A stretch of 29,647 nt of DNA from a virus (taxonomy: Duplodnaviria > Caudoviricetes), in the IMG/VR virus record IMGVR_UViG_3300045000_000007, positions 1 through 29,647 of that record. The stretch is one strand, 5' to 3'. Numbering within the stretch: the stretch's first letter is position 1; the number at the start of each line of letters is the position of its first letter. Below the pieces are notes generated by a model. The model worked only from the letters and a program-made list of their open reading frames with translations, made no database searches and was not told where the DNA came from. A program made the position numbers and the translations under genes. This document shows, one piece after another, positions 1 to 9,130 of this stretch.

Positions 1-25
1 GAAGGGACAGTGAAGGGAAAGTGAG

Positions 26-205
26 ATGACATACCCACAACCAAGCCGTGTAGTGACCAAGAGTCGGAAGCAAACACGTCACGGACTCCATCTCGTCCTG
101 ACCATTTGCACATTCGGCATGTGGGCACTCACCGGTTGGCCAATCGCGTGGGCTTGGAACGTCTTCGGTCCACGAGCAAAGACAATAACGAAGCACACCA
201 ACTGA
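26..205 (+). CDS. Small membrane protein, 59 aa (not in ORF track); paralog of 14406..14663
   Basis: ATG 26 to TGA 203-205 gives MTYPQPSRVVTKSRKQTRHGLHLVLTICTFGMWALTGWPIAWAWNVFGPRAKTITKHTN; purine-rich GAAGGGAAAG upstream; terminator follows directly. Confidence 0.75.
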   Translation: MTYPQPSRVVTKSRKQTRHGLHLVLTICTFGMWALTGWPIAWAWNVFGPRAKTITKHTN

Positions 206-211
206 AACACA

Positions 212-255
212 GAAGAGACCCCACCCGGCTGTGAGAAGCTAGGTGGGGTCTCTTC
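212..255. terminator. Probable bidirectional intrinsic terminator between convergent genes
   Basis: Perfect 14-bp inverted repeat GAAGAGACCCCACC (212-225) / GGTGGGGTCTCTTC (242-255) between the stop at 205 (+) and the stop at 278 (-). Confidence 0.85.
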
Positions 256-277
256 ATGCGTATGACATCAAACATCA

Positions 278-868
278 CTAGAAGGGCAGAAACAGTCGAC
301 TGGTAATTGTAGGCACCACATCTGACTGCGTTGATGTTGAGCTGCCTACTGTTCCATCCCATGCCCAGCCCGATCCGGAATCGCCGTCAGCGTAGGTAAG
401 AGCGGCGTCTGTGATCTGCTCGATCCGGCATGAGGAGAGAGAAAGTGTTCCAGCCGTACCGGCGGCGGGAATGTCGAGATGGAAATTTACGCCGTTGAAA
501 GTGGCAACGTTCAGCGTTCCCGTAACTCGTACTTGAGTCCACACGTTCGCACTCAGAGCAGTATCCACGATTCCCGTTCCACCACCACTCACGAAGGTGG
601 TGCCCTGCCAGGTGACCAGCGCTGCTCGAATCGTGCGCGCGACTGAGGATCGAATCCAGCCAACACCAGTCCACGTCTGACCTGATGCAGCAGTTCCCGG
701 TGTACAACCCATTGATGCACTGAATGAGCCAGCAGCCATCGCTACCGAAGCACCAGTAGTCCGAGGAGGCCCAGTCAATCCAGTCAGTCGAGTTCGCGCA
801 CCAGAACCGAGCCAGCCAGTGAGGTCATTGATCGCGCTGGGGTTCGGGCTCTTGTTGTAACGAGGCAT
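278..868 (-). CDS. Putative receptor-binding tip protein with a carbohydrate-binding-module-like beta sandwich
   Basis: Start coupled by TGATG to the upstream fibre gene at 868; NPS..., WTQVRVTGT and YADGD...W motifs typical of CBM-like tail modules; last gene of the tail operon. Confidence 0.6.
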   Translation of the reverse strand: MPRYNKSPNPSAINDLTGWLGSGARTRLTGLTGPPRTTGASVAMAAGSFSASMGCTPGTAASGQTWTGVGWIRSSVARTIRAALVTWQGTTFVSGGGTGIVDTALSANVWTQVRVTGTLNVATFNGVNFHLDIPAAGTAGTLSLSSCRIEQITDAALTYADGDSGSGWAWDGTVGSSTSTQSDVVPTITSRLFLPF

Positions 869-1725
869 CAGTACCCCTTCACGTATGCGATGACTCGCCA
901 CTTGTTGACAGACGTCCGATACACAGCCTGGACGTAATCCGTCAGCCCAGATGAGGTAGCTGTAAGTGCAGTAATGTCAGTACCATATGCGAAGCCACCA
1001 GTCCCAGTATCGAGAGACAGAGTACGTGCAGCGGCAGACGCGGTCACTTCCCAAACTGCGACCTGACCATCAGTCGGATTCGTCGGCGGACCCAGAGTGC
1101 GGTTGCCGCCCATCGACAGTCGGAAATGCGTACCGAGAGACGCATCTGTAGCGACCGTCGTAGCGTCAGTCAGAGTAACTGGCGGATGAGGCTTGACAGA
1201 TGTAGAAGAGGCAATGGTGATGGTGTCGGAACCATCATTCGGAGTGATCGTGACGTTTGTACCGGCGACGAGTGCCGTCCCCATGGTGTCACGAATCAGC
1301 TCAGGGGCATCCGCGGTAGGAAGCTTGGCATTCAGAGCTGTCTGAGTCGCAGTGCTGATTGGCTTGTTGTCGTCACTCGTGTTGTCGACATTCGTGAGTC
1401 CGACGTCCGACTTCGTTATCGCTGAGGCTGCCCAGGCGCCAGCCACACGCTTGATCAGTTGGCCATCACTGGCAGCCAGACCAGCAATCGTCGACAAGTC
1501 CGTATCGAGTGGTTGATAGGCAGCGTCTCCCTCTGCCTGAGTCAGATATCCCGGATGCGGATTAGAGGCGGCTTCGTGAGTCGCGATGGCACCTGCCGCA
1601 GTACCCGCGTCCTCCTTCGCCGTGATAGTCGCCTCGATACCGGCCAGCTCGTTCACACGATCAATGACGGCCCAGACTTCGTCACCCCAACCAGTCGAGC
1701 CGATCGCTGGCTTCTCAATAGGCAT
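868..1725 (-). CDS. Tail fibre/minor tail protein B
   Basis: Fibre motifs HEAASNPHPGY and KSDVGLTNVDNTSDDNKPISTATQTAL; ~100-aa C-terminal domain shared with 4637..5758. Confidence 0.8.
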   Translation of the reverse strand: MPIEKPAIGSTGWGDEVWAVIDRVNELAGIEATITAKEDAGTAAGAIATHEAASNPHPGYLTQAEGDAAYQPLDTDLSTIAGLAASDGQLIKRVAGAWAASAITKSDVGLTNVDNTSDDNKPISTATQTALNAKLPTADAPELIRDTMGTALVAGTNVTITPNDGSDTITIASSTSVKPHPPVTLTDATTVATDASLGTHFRLSMGGNRTLGPPTNPTDGQVAVWEVTASAAARTLSLDTGTGGFAYGTDITALTATSSGLTDYVQAVYRTSVNKWRVIAYVKGY

Positions 1726-1731
1726 CTTCTT

Positions 1732-1929
1732 CTACTCCCCAAACCCAGTGTTGCCAAAGCCCGCGAGCCCAAAGCCCGAGAGGCCGCTATACGGACTGGT
1801 ACCGAATGGCGCAAGACCAAAGCCATCATCATCTGAGGCTCGCTGCCAAACAAGTGTCGTGCCCACGTAGACCCGATCCACGGCTACCGTTCCGAGCAAC
1901 ACGTCATCGGCTGTATTCAGCAATGCCAT
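1732..1929 (-). CDS. Small tail adaptor protein, 65 aa
   Basis: LLGTVAVDRVYVGTTLVW motif followed by GFG repeats; tightly packed between two tail genes. Confidence 0.65.
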   Translation of the reverse strand: MALLNTADDVLLGTVAVDRVYVGTTLVWQRASDDDGFGLAPFGTSPYSGLSGFGLAGFGNTGFGE

Positions 1930-2847
1930 CTAGCCCACCACCACATACAGCGTCTCAGGATCGGGTGTGAGCAATGCGTCATAGGCTGCCTGGGTTAGCA
2001 CCTCAATTGGAGTCGTGACCTCAGCCCCGGAAGATGCGCCCGATCCCGCCGCCGGAAACGAGGACCCATCCCAGATATAGAGAAGGTCGTCATCTTGGCT
2101 GAAATACACCGCACCTTCATCAGCGGGACCGAGAGTCGACGCAATTGCGGTGAGTTCCGCATAGTCGACCACAACCGCAGTGATAGCCAGGCCATTGCCG
2201 TCTTCCCCATCAACACCGGCCGGACCCTGCGGCCCAGTCACACCTTGAGGTCCAATCCCGCCGGTAGCACCAGCTTCACCTTCCGGACCGACAACGTATC
2301 CCGCGTCCAGAACAGTCGCATCGGAAAGAGTGACCTGCAAATGCCCTAATTCATCGACCTCGGCAGCAGCGACCGATACGCCATCATCACCCACTGCACC
2401 AGTTGCACCCGTGGCGCCAGTCGGACCGATGACACTACCGGCGTCGATGACAGTTGAATCAGACAGAGTTACTTGCAGGTGACCCGATCCATCAACTGTA
2501 GCTGTGGTGACGGAAGTGCCCTGCGGACCAGTGTCGCCCGTCGGACCTGTCGCACCACGAATCTCGACGCCGTCTACTTCCGCTGGAAACGCAGTGCCAT
2601 CCCAGACGTACAGCAGCCCGTTATCGTTGTTGATGTACGCCTTTCCAGCATCGCTAGGTCCAAGGCCCGAAGCGATCGCCGCCAGTCCGCTATAGTTGTC
2701 CACCGCACCCGCAAGCTCAATCCCTACTCCTGAGTGAGTGTGGGAAGCCAGCCGGCTCAGGACCGTGCTCTTGATGTCGTCGAGCTTTCGACGTTCGTCT
2801 CGAACAACTCGCTCGATGCGGTCGAATCTACGCGGATCGGTAGCCAT
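1930..2847 (-). CDS. Collagen-like minor tail protein
   Basis: G-X-Y runs, duplicated LY(V/I)WDG modules and duplicated GHLQVTLSD modules; ends in TQAAYDALLTPDPETLYVV. Confidence 0.8.
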   Translation of the reverse strand: MATDPRRFDRIERVVRDERRKLDDIKSTVLSRLASHTHSGVGIELAGAVDNYSGLAAIASGLGPSDAGKAYINNDNGLLYVWDGTAFPAEVDGVEIRGATGPTGDTGPQGTSVTTATVDGSGHLQVTLSDSTVIDAGSVIGPTGATGATGAVGDDGVSVAAAEVDELGHLQVTLSDATVLDAGYVVGPEGEAGATGGIGPQGVTGPQGPAGVDGEDGNGLAITAVVVDYAELTAIASTLGPADEGAVYFSQDDDLLYIWDGSSFPAAGSGASSGAEVTTPIEVLTQAAYDALLTPDPETLYVVVG

Positions 2848-3914
2848 CAGGTGAACTCCACGCCTAGCCGTTGCTTGCCGTCCCGGTCGATATCGACCGT
2901 CACCTTCGCCACGCGATATGTACCGCTCTGAACTCCGATGCCAGCGTCATATGAATACGACACCGTGTCGCCAGGGCCGAAGTCCCCCGCATCCGATCCC
3001 TCTCGTGGAATCAAAGTGACACCAGGTTGGAACATCTCGTCATCACGAACGTCCTTGTAGGCGTCTGTGTGACCTTCCAGAGTGGTCGAGTTCGAGACTC
3101 CATCGAAGTTCACACCGGCCCACGAACGGCCGTACTGGGCTCGAACCGTGGCGTTCTCCCGCATCGTGTAGAGCTTCGTGTTCGAGCCCGCTGAGTCCTC
3201 GACGGTTCCAGTACCAGCTACGTCCGAGACCAGGTCGTCAGGCGCAACAGAGAGGGCGACGGAAGCTGAGTCGATGTTGAGTCGATCTAAGAACACACTC
3301 TGGGTAAGATCGATGCCGCGTTGCGGATATGACAAGACGAGTTGACGAGTGGTCGGATCAACGTGCATGTCAAAGCCGTTGATGACGGCGCCCAGCTCCT
3401 GAAGGCGTTGGCCGATGTTGTGCAACTCGTCCCTGAGATACACACGATCCCGCAGAACGCCACTCGTCATTACAGCGCTGGTATCGATCCCGTAGTTCCC
3501 ATACGCGAGATCCTGCCAGTGATCGACCAGAGATGCGGCAATCGTAAATTGGTCGGTGTCGTTGAACGTCAGGTCAGTAGTGACGCCCATCCGCCAGGTG
3601 TATCCAAGTAGCCCCGTGCAGTTCAGCTTCACAGTTTGGTCTTCGACCGAGAGTGTCTGAATCTCACCAGCCCATGCGATCCCAGAATTCCGGTACACCC
3701 ACACTTCGCAAGGGAAGGTAGCGAGGTTCGACAGGCGTTCCTTGACGGGGTCACTGAGTGAACTAATCGGGCAACCCAGAGTGGCACTACCAGGCCGGTT
3801 CAGCTCGTCGGTGTAGGACAACTGGTCGAACACCAGTCGGTCCACCTCGACGAGCGTCGGCGGGCCTGACGACGCGGGGACCCGGGCGACGAGGACGGTC
3901 TCGAAGTCGGCCAT
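2847..3914 (-). CDS. Baseplate hub/Tal-like minor tail protein (ReqiPepy6 Gp37-like)
   Basis: 355 aa; LSYTDELNRPGSATL N-terminus, WVYRNSGIAWAGEI, and GDFGPGDTV...YRVAKVTV C-terminus, typical of siphovirus hub proteins. Confidence 0.7.
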   Translation of the reverse strand: MADFETVLVARVPASSGPPTLVEVDRLVFDQLSYTDELNRPGSATLGCPISSLSDPVKERLSNLATFPCEVWVYRNSGIAWAGEIQTLSVEDQTVKLNCTGLLGYTWRMGVTTDLTFNDTDQFTIAASLVDHWQDLAYGNYGIDTSAVMTSGVLRDRVYLRDELHNIGQRLQELGAVINGFDMHVDPTTRQLVLSYPQRGIDLTQSVFLDRLNIDSASVALSVAPDDLVSDVAGTGTVEDSAGSNTKLYTMRENATVRAQYGRSWAGVNFDGVSNSTTLEGHTDAYKDVRDDEMFQPGVTLIPREGSDAGDFGPGDTVSYSYDAGIGVQSGTYRVAKVTVDIDRDGKQRLGVEFT

Positions 3915-4633
3915 CAGAAGAAGAACCCGCCCGTGTCGACGGGGGTGTAGGCGAGGACGACCCGGCCAGCAGCGCCTGCGCCACCCACCGCGAACGCGAG
4001 GTTGTAAGAGCCCGCCGAACCGCCTCCGCCGCCAGGAGCAACACCAGGGAGGCCCGAAAGTGGGGTGGTTCCGGAGTACCCGCGCCCATTTCCACCGGCG
4101 CCTGTGCCTGACCCGCCGGTGGCCTGCCCACCACCTGTAGCAGCCTGGGAACCGTCGCCGCCGTTCGTGTTCGTGAACGCCGACCCGCCACCGCCGCCAC
4201 CCGATCCGCGCAATGGGGAGGTTTCAGTCATCCTGCCTCCTCCGTTGCCGCCCGAAAACTTCACGGTTCCCGTACTGGCTGAAGCTTGGCCACCGGTGGG
4301 GAACGACAAGTCCGACTTACCGCCAGCCGCTACGACAACGGTGCTGGCGAACGTGGTGTCACCTCCGTTTGTGCCAAATCCCGAAGAACCACCCAGCGCT
4401 GGGCCTCCAGTTCCACCGGAACCAACCACGATGGCGTACGCGGTCCCTGGAGTAACGGCAACAATGGAGCTGGCGTACGCACCCCCGCCTCCGCCGTCAC
4501 CGGCGCCGTTGCCACCGCTTGAAGGACCACCACGGCCTCCGCCTCCACCGCCCCAGCACTCGACGGCGACGGACGTAACTCCGCCGGGGCAAACCCACGT
4601 GGTACTTGAGTTGAAGGTCTCAGCAGTAGGCAC
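3914..4633 (-). CDS. Glycine-rich tail tip/adhesin-like protein
   Basis: WVCPGGVTSVAVECWGGGGGG...VTPGTAYAIVVGSGG...GAAGRVVLAY pattern of phage glycine-rich domains; ends GGFFF. Confidence 0.75.
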   Translation of the reverse strand: MPTAETFNSSTTWVCPGGVTSVAVECWGGGGGGRGGPSSGGNGAGDGGGGGAYASSIVAVTPGTAYAIVVGSGGTGGPALGGSSGFGTNGGDTTFASTVVVAAGGKSDLSFPTGGQASASTGTVKFSGGNGGGRMTETSPLRGSGGGGGGSAFTNTNGGDGSQAATGGGQATGGSGTGAGGNGRGYSGTTPLSGLPGVAPGGGGGSAGSYNLAFAVGGAGAAGRVVLAYTPVDTGGFFF

Positions 4634-4636
4634 GGC

Positions 4637-5758
4637 TCAGAACCCCTTCGAGTAGCCGACGACCAACCACTTGTTCAGGGTGCTGTTGTAGATGGCGCGG
4701 ATAAAATCCCGCTTCCCTAACTCCGTCTGCGTCAGTGCGGTGATGGTGGTCCCGAGCAGGAACCCGCCAGTGCCTACGTTTAGCGCCAGTGTCCTTGCAG
4801 CACCGGAAGCGAGGTGCTCAATTGTGATGCCCTGTCCGTCCTTGGGATTCGTGGGTGCTGCAAGGGTACGATCCCCACTAGCCGAGAGCCGGAAGTACTC
4901 TCCGAGAGAGGCATCGAGTGCAACAGTGGCACCATCTGTCAGGGTCACCACAGCCGATGCGAATACAGAGGACCAGCGCACTCCCGCCGTCTGCGTCGAG
5001 TCGACACTAAGAACCTGCCCATTACTGCCAATACCGACTCGGGCGATAGTGTCAGCGGCCGTCCCGGCAATAAGATCGCCTTTTGCGTCGACTATCGTCG
5101 GGCGAATGTATCTGGCGTCTCCACGAGTGTCATTGTGGTATTGCGTGTGGTCGTCATCAGCAAGGCCACTTAGAGTTCCATGGTCGGTAGTAGCAAGACC
5201 GCCCTGTAATGCAGAGGCGATACGCACGTCCGTGATGTTGGCGCTCGTGATGGTCGTAGCAGCGGCACCCACAGCAACGCGAGCGAGCAGAACCCAAGCC
5301 TCCCATTGCGTATCAGGGCCTGGGTTTGCACCGCCAAGGTCGCCCTTCCGATAACCAATCTGTGGGAGCACACGGCTAGACACGTCGTAGGCGTTGTCGC
5401 GAACGACGAGGTAAATTTCATCGGTCCTGGCCTGGCTTGCGTCAGAGGCATCAATCGTGACGTTCTGCGACGTGACATCGAGTCGAACAATGTAATTGCC
5501 CTGGCCCTGAACATCACCAGCCACCACGTAGAAGTCAGCCTTGGCGGTCGCGGACCCCACCTTGACACTCATGTTGGGAACAGCTTGCGGCTGGACCTTG
5601 AATGCAGTGGCCGGCTTGAGGTACCCCTCAGTCAGAATCTCAGCAGGGAAGCGCGCTTCCTCAGCAGAGAAGTCGCTTACAGAGACACCTGCCGAGTCGG
5701 TACGGGAACCAACGACGTTCACTGAGAACGTCGAGTTCGTGTAGCTCGTAGTTGGCAC
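4637..5758 (-). CDS. Upper baseplate/tail fibre protein A
   Basis: PNMSVKV, RTDEIYLVVRD and LARVAVGAAATTITSANITDVR baseplate-anchor motifs; HGTLSGLADDDHTQY and DAKGDLIAG fibre motifs; AAAGGAG SD upstream of GTG. Confidence 0.75.
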   Translation of the reverse strand: MPTTSYTNSTFSVNVVGSRTDSAGVSVSDFSAEEARFPAEILTEGYLKPATAFKVQPQAVPNMSVKVGSATAKADFYVVAGDVQGQGNYIVRLDVTSQNVTIDASDASQARTDEIYLVVRDNAYDVSSRVLPQIGYRKGDLGGANPGPDTQWEAWVLLARVAVGAAATTITSANITDVRIASALQGGLATTDHGTLSGLADDDHTQYHNDTRGDARYIRPTIVDAKGDLIAGTAADTIARVGIGSNGQVLSVDSTQTAGVRWSSVFASAVVTLTDGATVALDASLGEYFRLSASGDRTLAAPTNPKDGQGITIEHLASGAARTLALNVGTGGFLLGTTITALTQTELGKRDFIRAIYNSTLNKWLVVGYSKGF

Positions 5759-5794
5759 TAGAGTTCATCTCCTTTCATGGTTGTAGGCGGCCGA

Positions 5795-6688
5795 CTAGTC
5801 GAGCCACGTGTCACGCCAGGTCAAGTTGCAAACAACATCAGTCGAACTACCCGCCACCTCGAACCGCAGAGTGTTCGAGCCGGGCGCTAGATAGAACGCT
5901 TTTCGTGGAAGCTGCCAATCGCCGTACCGACTCGAACCACTCAGACTGATCACGAGTCTTGGAGATCCAGTGACAGCAGCGTCCATGTCCGCGGTGAGGA
6001 TCTGCCCCGCGCCAATCGTTGTGGTGACTGTGATCTCCTGGCCTGTCGTGGAGTTCGTAAGCGTGAAGCCGGTACACGTACCCGTCACAGGTCCGAACAC
6101 CCGAATCAGTGGGTATGCGTCCGCAGCACCATCGTTCTGAACCACCAACTCACTCTGCGTCCCGCCGGTGAAGTCAACCGGGAACTCAGCGATCGGGAAG
6201 TCCATGCCGCCAGCGGACGTGGCATAGACAGGCACGTTGCCAGCCCGCTCAGTCGTGCTGTAGATCCGAGGATCAACCGCACGCAGCACAACAGGCGGAT
6301 ATCCCCTGATGTTGAAGTCGAGATACTTCTCCACCCGAGTGAGTTGCACTGGCCGGCAACGGATGAATCGCTCTGGCTGTCCAGGCCGTTTGAACGTCAG
6401 CGGGAAGTCATCTTCCCGAGAAGGCTGGAATGTCGAACGTACGGCTGCCCAGTTCGCTTCGTAGTCCTGGCCACCATTCATCGTGGTCTCGTAGTTGACC
6501 AACTCAAACGCGATGGTCCGTGCTCCCACATAGTCGAGACCACGAATACTTCCATCGCCCCGTGGCTGCTCGGAGTCCGAACTACGGACCTCGAAACCCT
6601 CTAGTCCCTCCACGCGATTGACCATGATGTCTTGAGCCTGTCCGAAGACAAGCCCTCGATATGAGAAGGTCAAATCCTCAAGAGCCAT
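5795..6688 (-). CDS. Distal tail protein (Dit)
   Basis: Immediately after the tape measure gene; 297 aa; DPRIYS, NDGAADAYP and LAPGSNTLRF motifs. Confidence 0.85.
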   Translation of the reverse strand: MALEDLTFSYRGLVFGQAQDIMVNRVEGLEGFEVRSSDSEQPRGDGSIRGLDYVGARTIAFELVNYETTMNGGQDYEANWAAVRSTFQPSREDDFPLTFKRPGQPERFIRCRPVQLTRVEKYLDFNIRGYPPVVLRAVDPRIYSTTERAGNVPVYATSAGGMDFPIAEFPVDFTGGTQSELVVQNDGAADAYPLIRVFGPVTGTCTGFTLTNSTTGQEITVTTTIGAGQILTADMDAAVTGSPRLVISLSGSSRYGDWQLPRKAFYLAPGSNTLRFEVAGSSTDVVCNLTWRDTWLD

Positions 6689-6689
6689 G

Positions 6690-8837
6690 TCATCCCACCG
6701 TCCTCATAGCCAGGGCGACGAATCGGCCGGTTTCAGCAGGCGACCCGGAAGTCTGGGTGACATGCACGTTGACTTCCTGCATCCGCTGACCCAGTGCCGT
6801 GAGGGTTTCGCTCAGCAGGCGCTCAAGCGACCGGCTACCGCGCGGCTGGTCTGCCCTGCTGGTCGGTGCCATGGCACCACCGAGTAGCCCTGTAGGAACG
6901 AGCCCAGCGGCCGATGCCGACGCGCTGGCAACCTCCTCCGCGAGCTGCCCCGCCGCGCCTGTGGCGAGCCCAGAGGCCGCATCGATGCCCGCAGCCATGC
7001 CAGCCGGGATCATCTTGCCGACTTCGTCGCGCATCCACTTCGACGGAGACGCGATCCCGAGGAAGCTCAGAATCGGTCCGGGAACAACGCTCTTGATCCA
7101 GCCACTGATCTTGCCCAGCAGCCAACTACCCATGGAGACAATGCCGTTCCACAGGCCGGTAACGATGTCCTTGCCAGCATTCACCAGCAGCGAGCCGAGA
7201 TTGCCAATCGCACTCATGATGCGGCCAGGCAAGCCGGACAGCCAGCTAACTACCTCAGTGAACTTGTTGACAACCGCATCCTTGGCCGCCCCGATCCAGC
7301 CAATGAACTTCCCGGGAAGTTCACTGAACCAGTTCAGGATGCCCTTGATCTTATCGACCGCTCCCTGCACGAAGCCCTTAATGCTGTCCCAGACGGTCTG
7401 AAAGAAGTTCTTGATGCCGTTGAAGACGTTAGTGACCGTGGTCTTGATGTTCTCCCACGACGTCGCGAAGAAGTTCTTGATGCCATTCACTACGTCGGTG
7501 ACGATCTGCTTGATGTTGTTCCAGGTATCAGAGAAGAACGTCTTGATGCCGTTCATGATGCTCGTGACGTTGCTCTTCAAGTTCGTGAAGAAGTTAATGA
7601 CGCCAGTCACAACGTTGGCCACGGTGGTCAGAATCGAAACGATGACCGTGATCAGGCCAGTGATGATGGGGATCAGGAAGTTGATCGCCGGGATCACGAT
7701 GCTCTGAATCGCTTGGGCGATGAGGGGGAGGATGGCACTAGCAAGTTGCAGAATTGGTGGAATGAGCGGAAGGACCGCAGCCACGATTGACATAAAGGCC
7801 GTGGCCAGTACGGGAAGTAGTGGCGCGAGAGCTTGAACGGCTTGAAGCAGAATCGCGCCAAGCTGACTGGCAATCTGAGTGATGATCGGCGCCATCATGG
7901 TGATCAGCGGAGTGATAGCAGCAAACGCAGCCGCCAGCGCCCCGCCAAGAACCGTGGCGACCTGGCCCAAGATCGGAGCCAGCGCCTGAATGACGGGGGT
8001 AAGAACTCCGACGAGGGCTTGAAGAAGTGGTCCAAGCGCGGTCATCACTGAGGTAAAGGCAGTTGCGATGACAGGCAGAATCGGAGCCAGAGTGCCCGAC
8101 AGCATCGTGACGAACTGCGTCATGATCGGTGCGATCGTCTGGATCGCAGTGCCGAGCATCCCGCCAATCGTGGTTGCCAGTTGAACGAGCAAAGGCATGA
8201 TGGCTGCAAGAAGTGGCCCACCGAACTGAGCCATCGTCCCGAGAAGTGTCCCCGCAACTGGTAGCAGTGAACTGATTCCGCCTAGCAACGCACTGACGCC
8301 AGTAGCTGCTCCCCCCATGCCCGAAGACATGTTCGTGAGGAAGCCGCTGATCCCGGTACCGAGTTGCCCGATCCCAACGCCGAATGCGTTGACAACCGGT
8401 GCAGCCGCTTGCGTCACGCTCAGCAGCCCCGGCATCACATTGGTGACCAGCATCAGAAGAGCAGTCGTCAGGGTCGCGATGTATGGAGCAGACGCACTGA
8501 ACGCTTGCCCGATTGCTGGTGCGATCTGATCGAACGTGCCTCGGATCTGAGTAGCTACACCGTTCAAAACGGGAACGATGGGAGCGGCCAGCTTTTGCGT
8601 CTCGGCGACGACGTGATCCTTGAGACCGGTGAAGCTTGCCTTCACAGTCTCGTTCTGAGCGGCGGCAGCGATGCCGATACCGGCGAACATCAGTGGAACG
8701 GCAGCAAGAGCACCACCTACAAGAGGAGCTACAGCCGCCGAAGCCAGAGCGGCCACACCCGAGATGCCTGCCGTCATCTTGGTGGTATCCGCCGATACAT
8801 CGACGAATGCATCTGCGATCTTAAATCCGGCGCCCAT
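6690..8837 (-). CDS. Tape measure protein, 715 aa
   Basis: Ala/Gly/hydrophobic helical protein after the chaperones; GFKIADAFVDV N-terminus; periodic Trp/Phe repeats; LGIASPSKWMRDEVG motif. Confidence 0.93.
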   Translation of the reverse strand: MGAGFKIADAFVDVSADTTKMTAGISGVAALASAAVAPLVGGALAAVPLMFAGIGIAAAAQNETVKASFTGLKDHVVAETQKLAAPIVPVLNGVATQIRGTFDQIAPAIGQAFSASAPYIATLTTALLMLVTNVMPGLLSVTQAAAPVVNAFGVGIGQLGTGISGFLTNMSSGMGGAATGVSALLGGISSLLPVAGTLLGTMAQFGGPLLAAIMPLLVQLATTIGGMLGTAIQTIAPIMTQFVTMLSGTLAPILPVIATAFTSVMTALGPLLQALVGVLTPVIQALAPILGQVATVLGGALAAAFAAITPLITMMAPIITQIASQLGAILLQAVQALAPLLPVLATAFMSIVAAVLPLIPPILQLASAILPLIAQAIQSIVIPAINFLIPIITGLITVIVSILTTVANVVTGVINFFTNLKSNVTSIMNGIKTFFSDTWNNIKQIVTDVVNGIKNFFATSWENIKTTVTNVFNGIKNFFQTVWDSIKGFVQGAVDKIKGILNWFSELPGKFIGWIGAAKDAVVNKFTEVVSWLSGLPGRIMSAIGNLGSLLVNAGKDIVTGLWNGIVSMGSWLLGKISGWIKSVVPGPILSFLGIASPSKWMRDEVGKMIPAGMAAGIDAASGLATGAAGQLAEEVASASASAAGLVPTGLLGGAMAPTSRADQPRGSRSLERLLSETLTALGQRMQEVNVHVTQTSGSPAETGRFVALAMRTVG
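7380..7600 (-). repeat. 11/22-aa periodic tape-measure repeats
   Basis: NGIKTFFSDTWNNIK / NGIKNFFATSWENIK / NGIKNFFQTVWDSIK; TCTTGATGCC recurs at 66-nt spacing. Confidence 0.7.
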
Positions 8838-9130
8838 CAGCGGATCACCACCCTTTCTCCTGCTCCGGGAGCGAATGACTGCAACTCACGAGTTGTCTTT
8901 GCGACTCGTGTGCCGTTCTTGATTCGGGTTCCTGAGCCGGTCGATTCCGCTTCGACCCGTGCCCGCATGACTCCGGGGTATGCGAAGATTCGCTCTGCGA
9001 ACTCAAAGAAACGCGGCCCGTCCAGGCTGTAGACGTCCTCGACCCTGTGGAGGACGGAGAAGTCACTCTCCAAATCCTTGAGATGATCGAGGACCCACAT
9101 CACTTGCCTGGCCCGCTCTCGGAGTTTCCC
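8837..9130 (-). CDS. Tail assembly chaperone, frameshifted (T) portion of GT
   Basis: The -1 frame is open from the slippery site (...LRERARQVMWVLDHLKDLESDFSVLHRV...) to the stop at 8837, coupled to the TMP start. Confidence 0.8.
   Translation of the reverse strand, partial: GKLRERARQVMWVLDHLKDLESDFSVLHRVEDVYSLDGPRFFEFAERIFAYPGVMRARVEAESTGSGTRIKNGTRVAKTTRELQSFAPGAGERVVIR

Noticed and set aside
3914-4633. PE-PGRS-like host gene
   Set aside because: No PE domain; motif pattern and context fit a phage glycine-rich tail protein.
868-4950. Diversity-generating retroelement or shufflon explaining the duplicated fibre C-termini
   Set aside because: No reverse transcriptase or invertase; similarity is at protein level, both copies are on the same strand, and no adenine-specific TR/VR pattern was seen.
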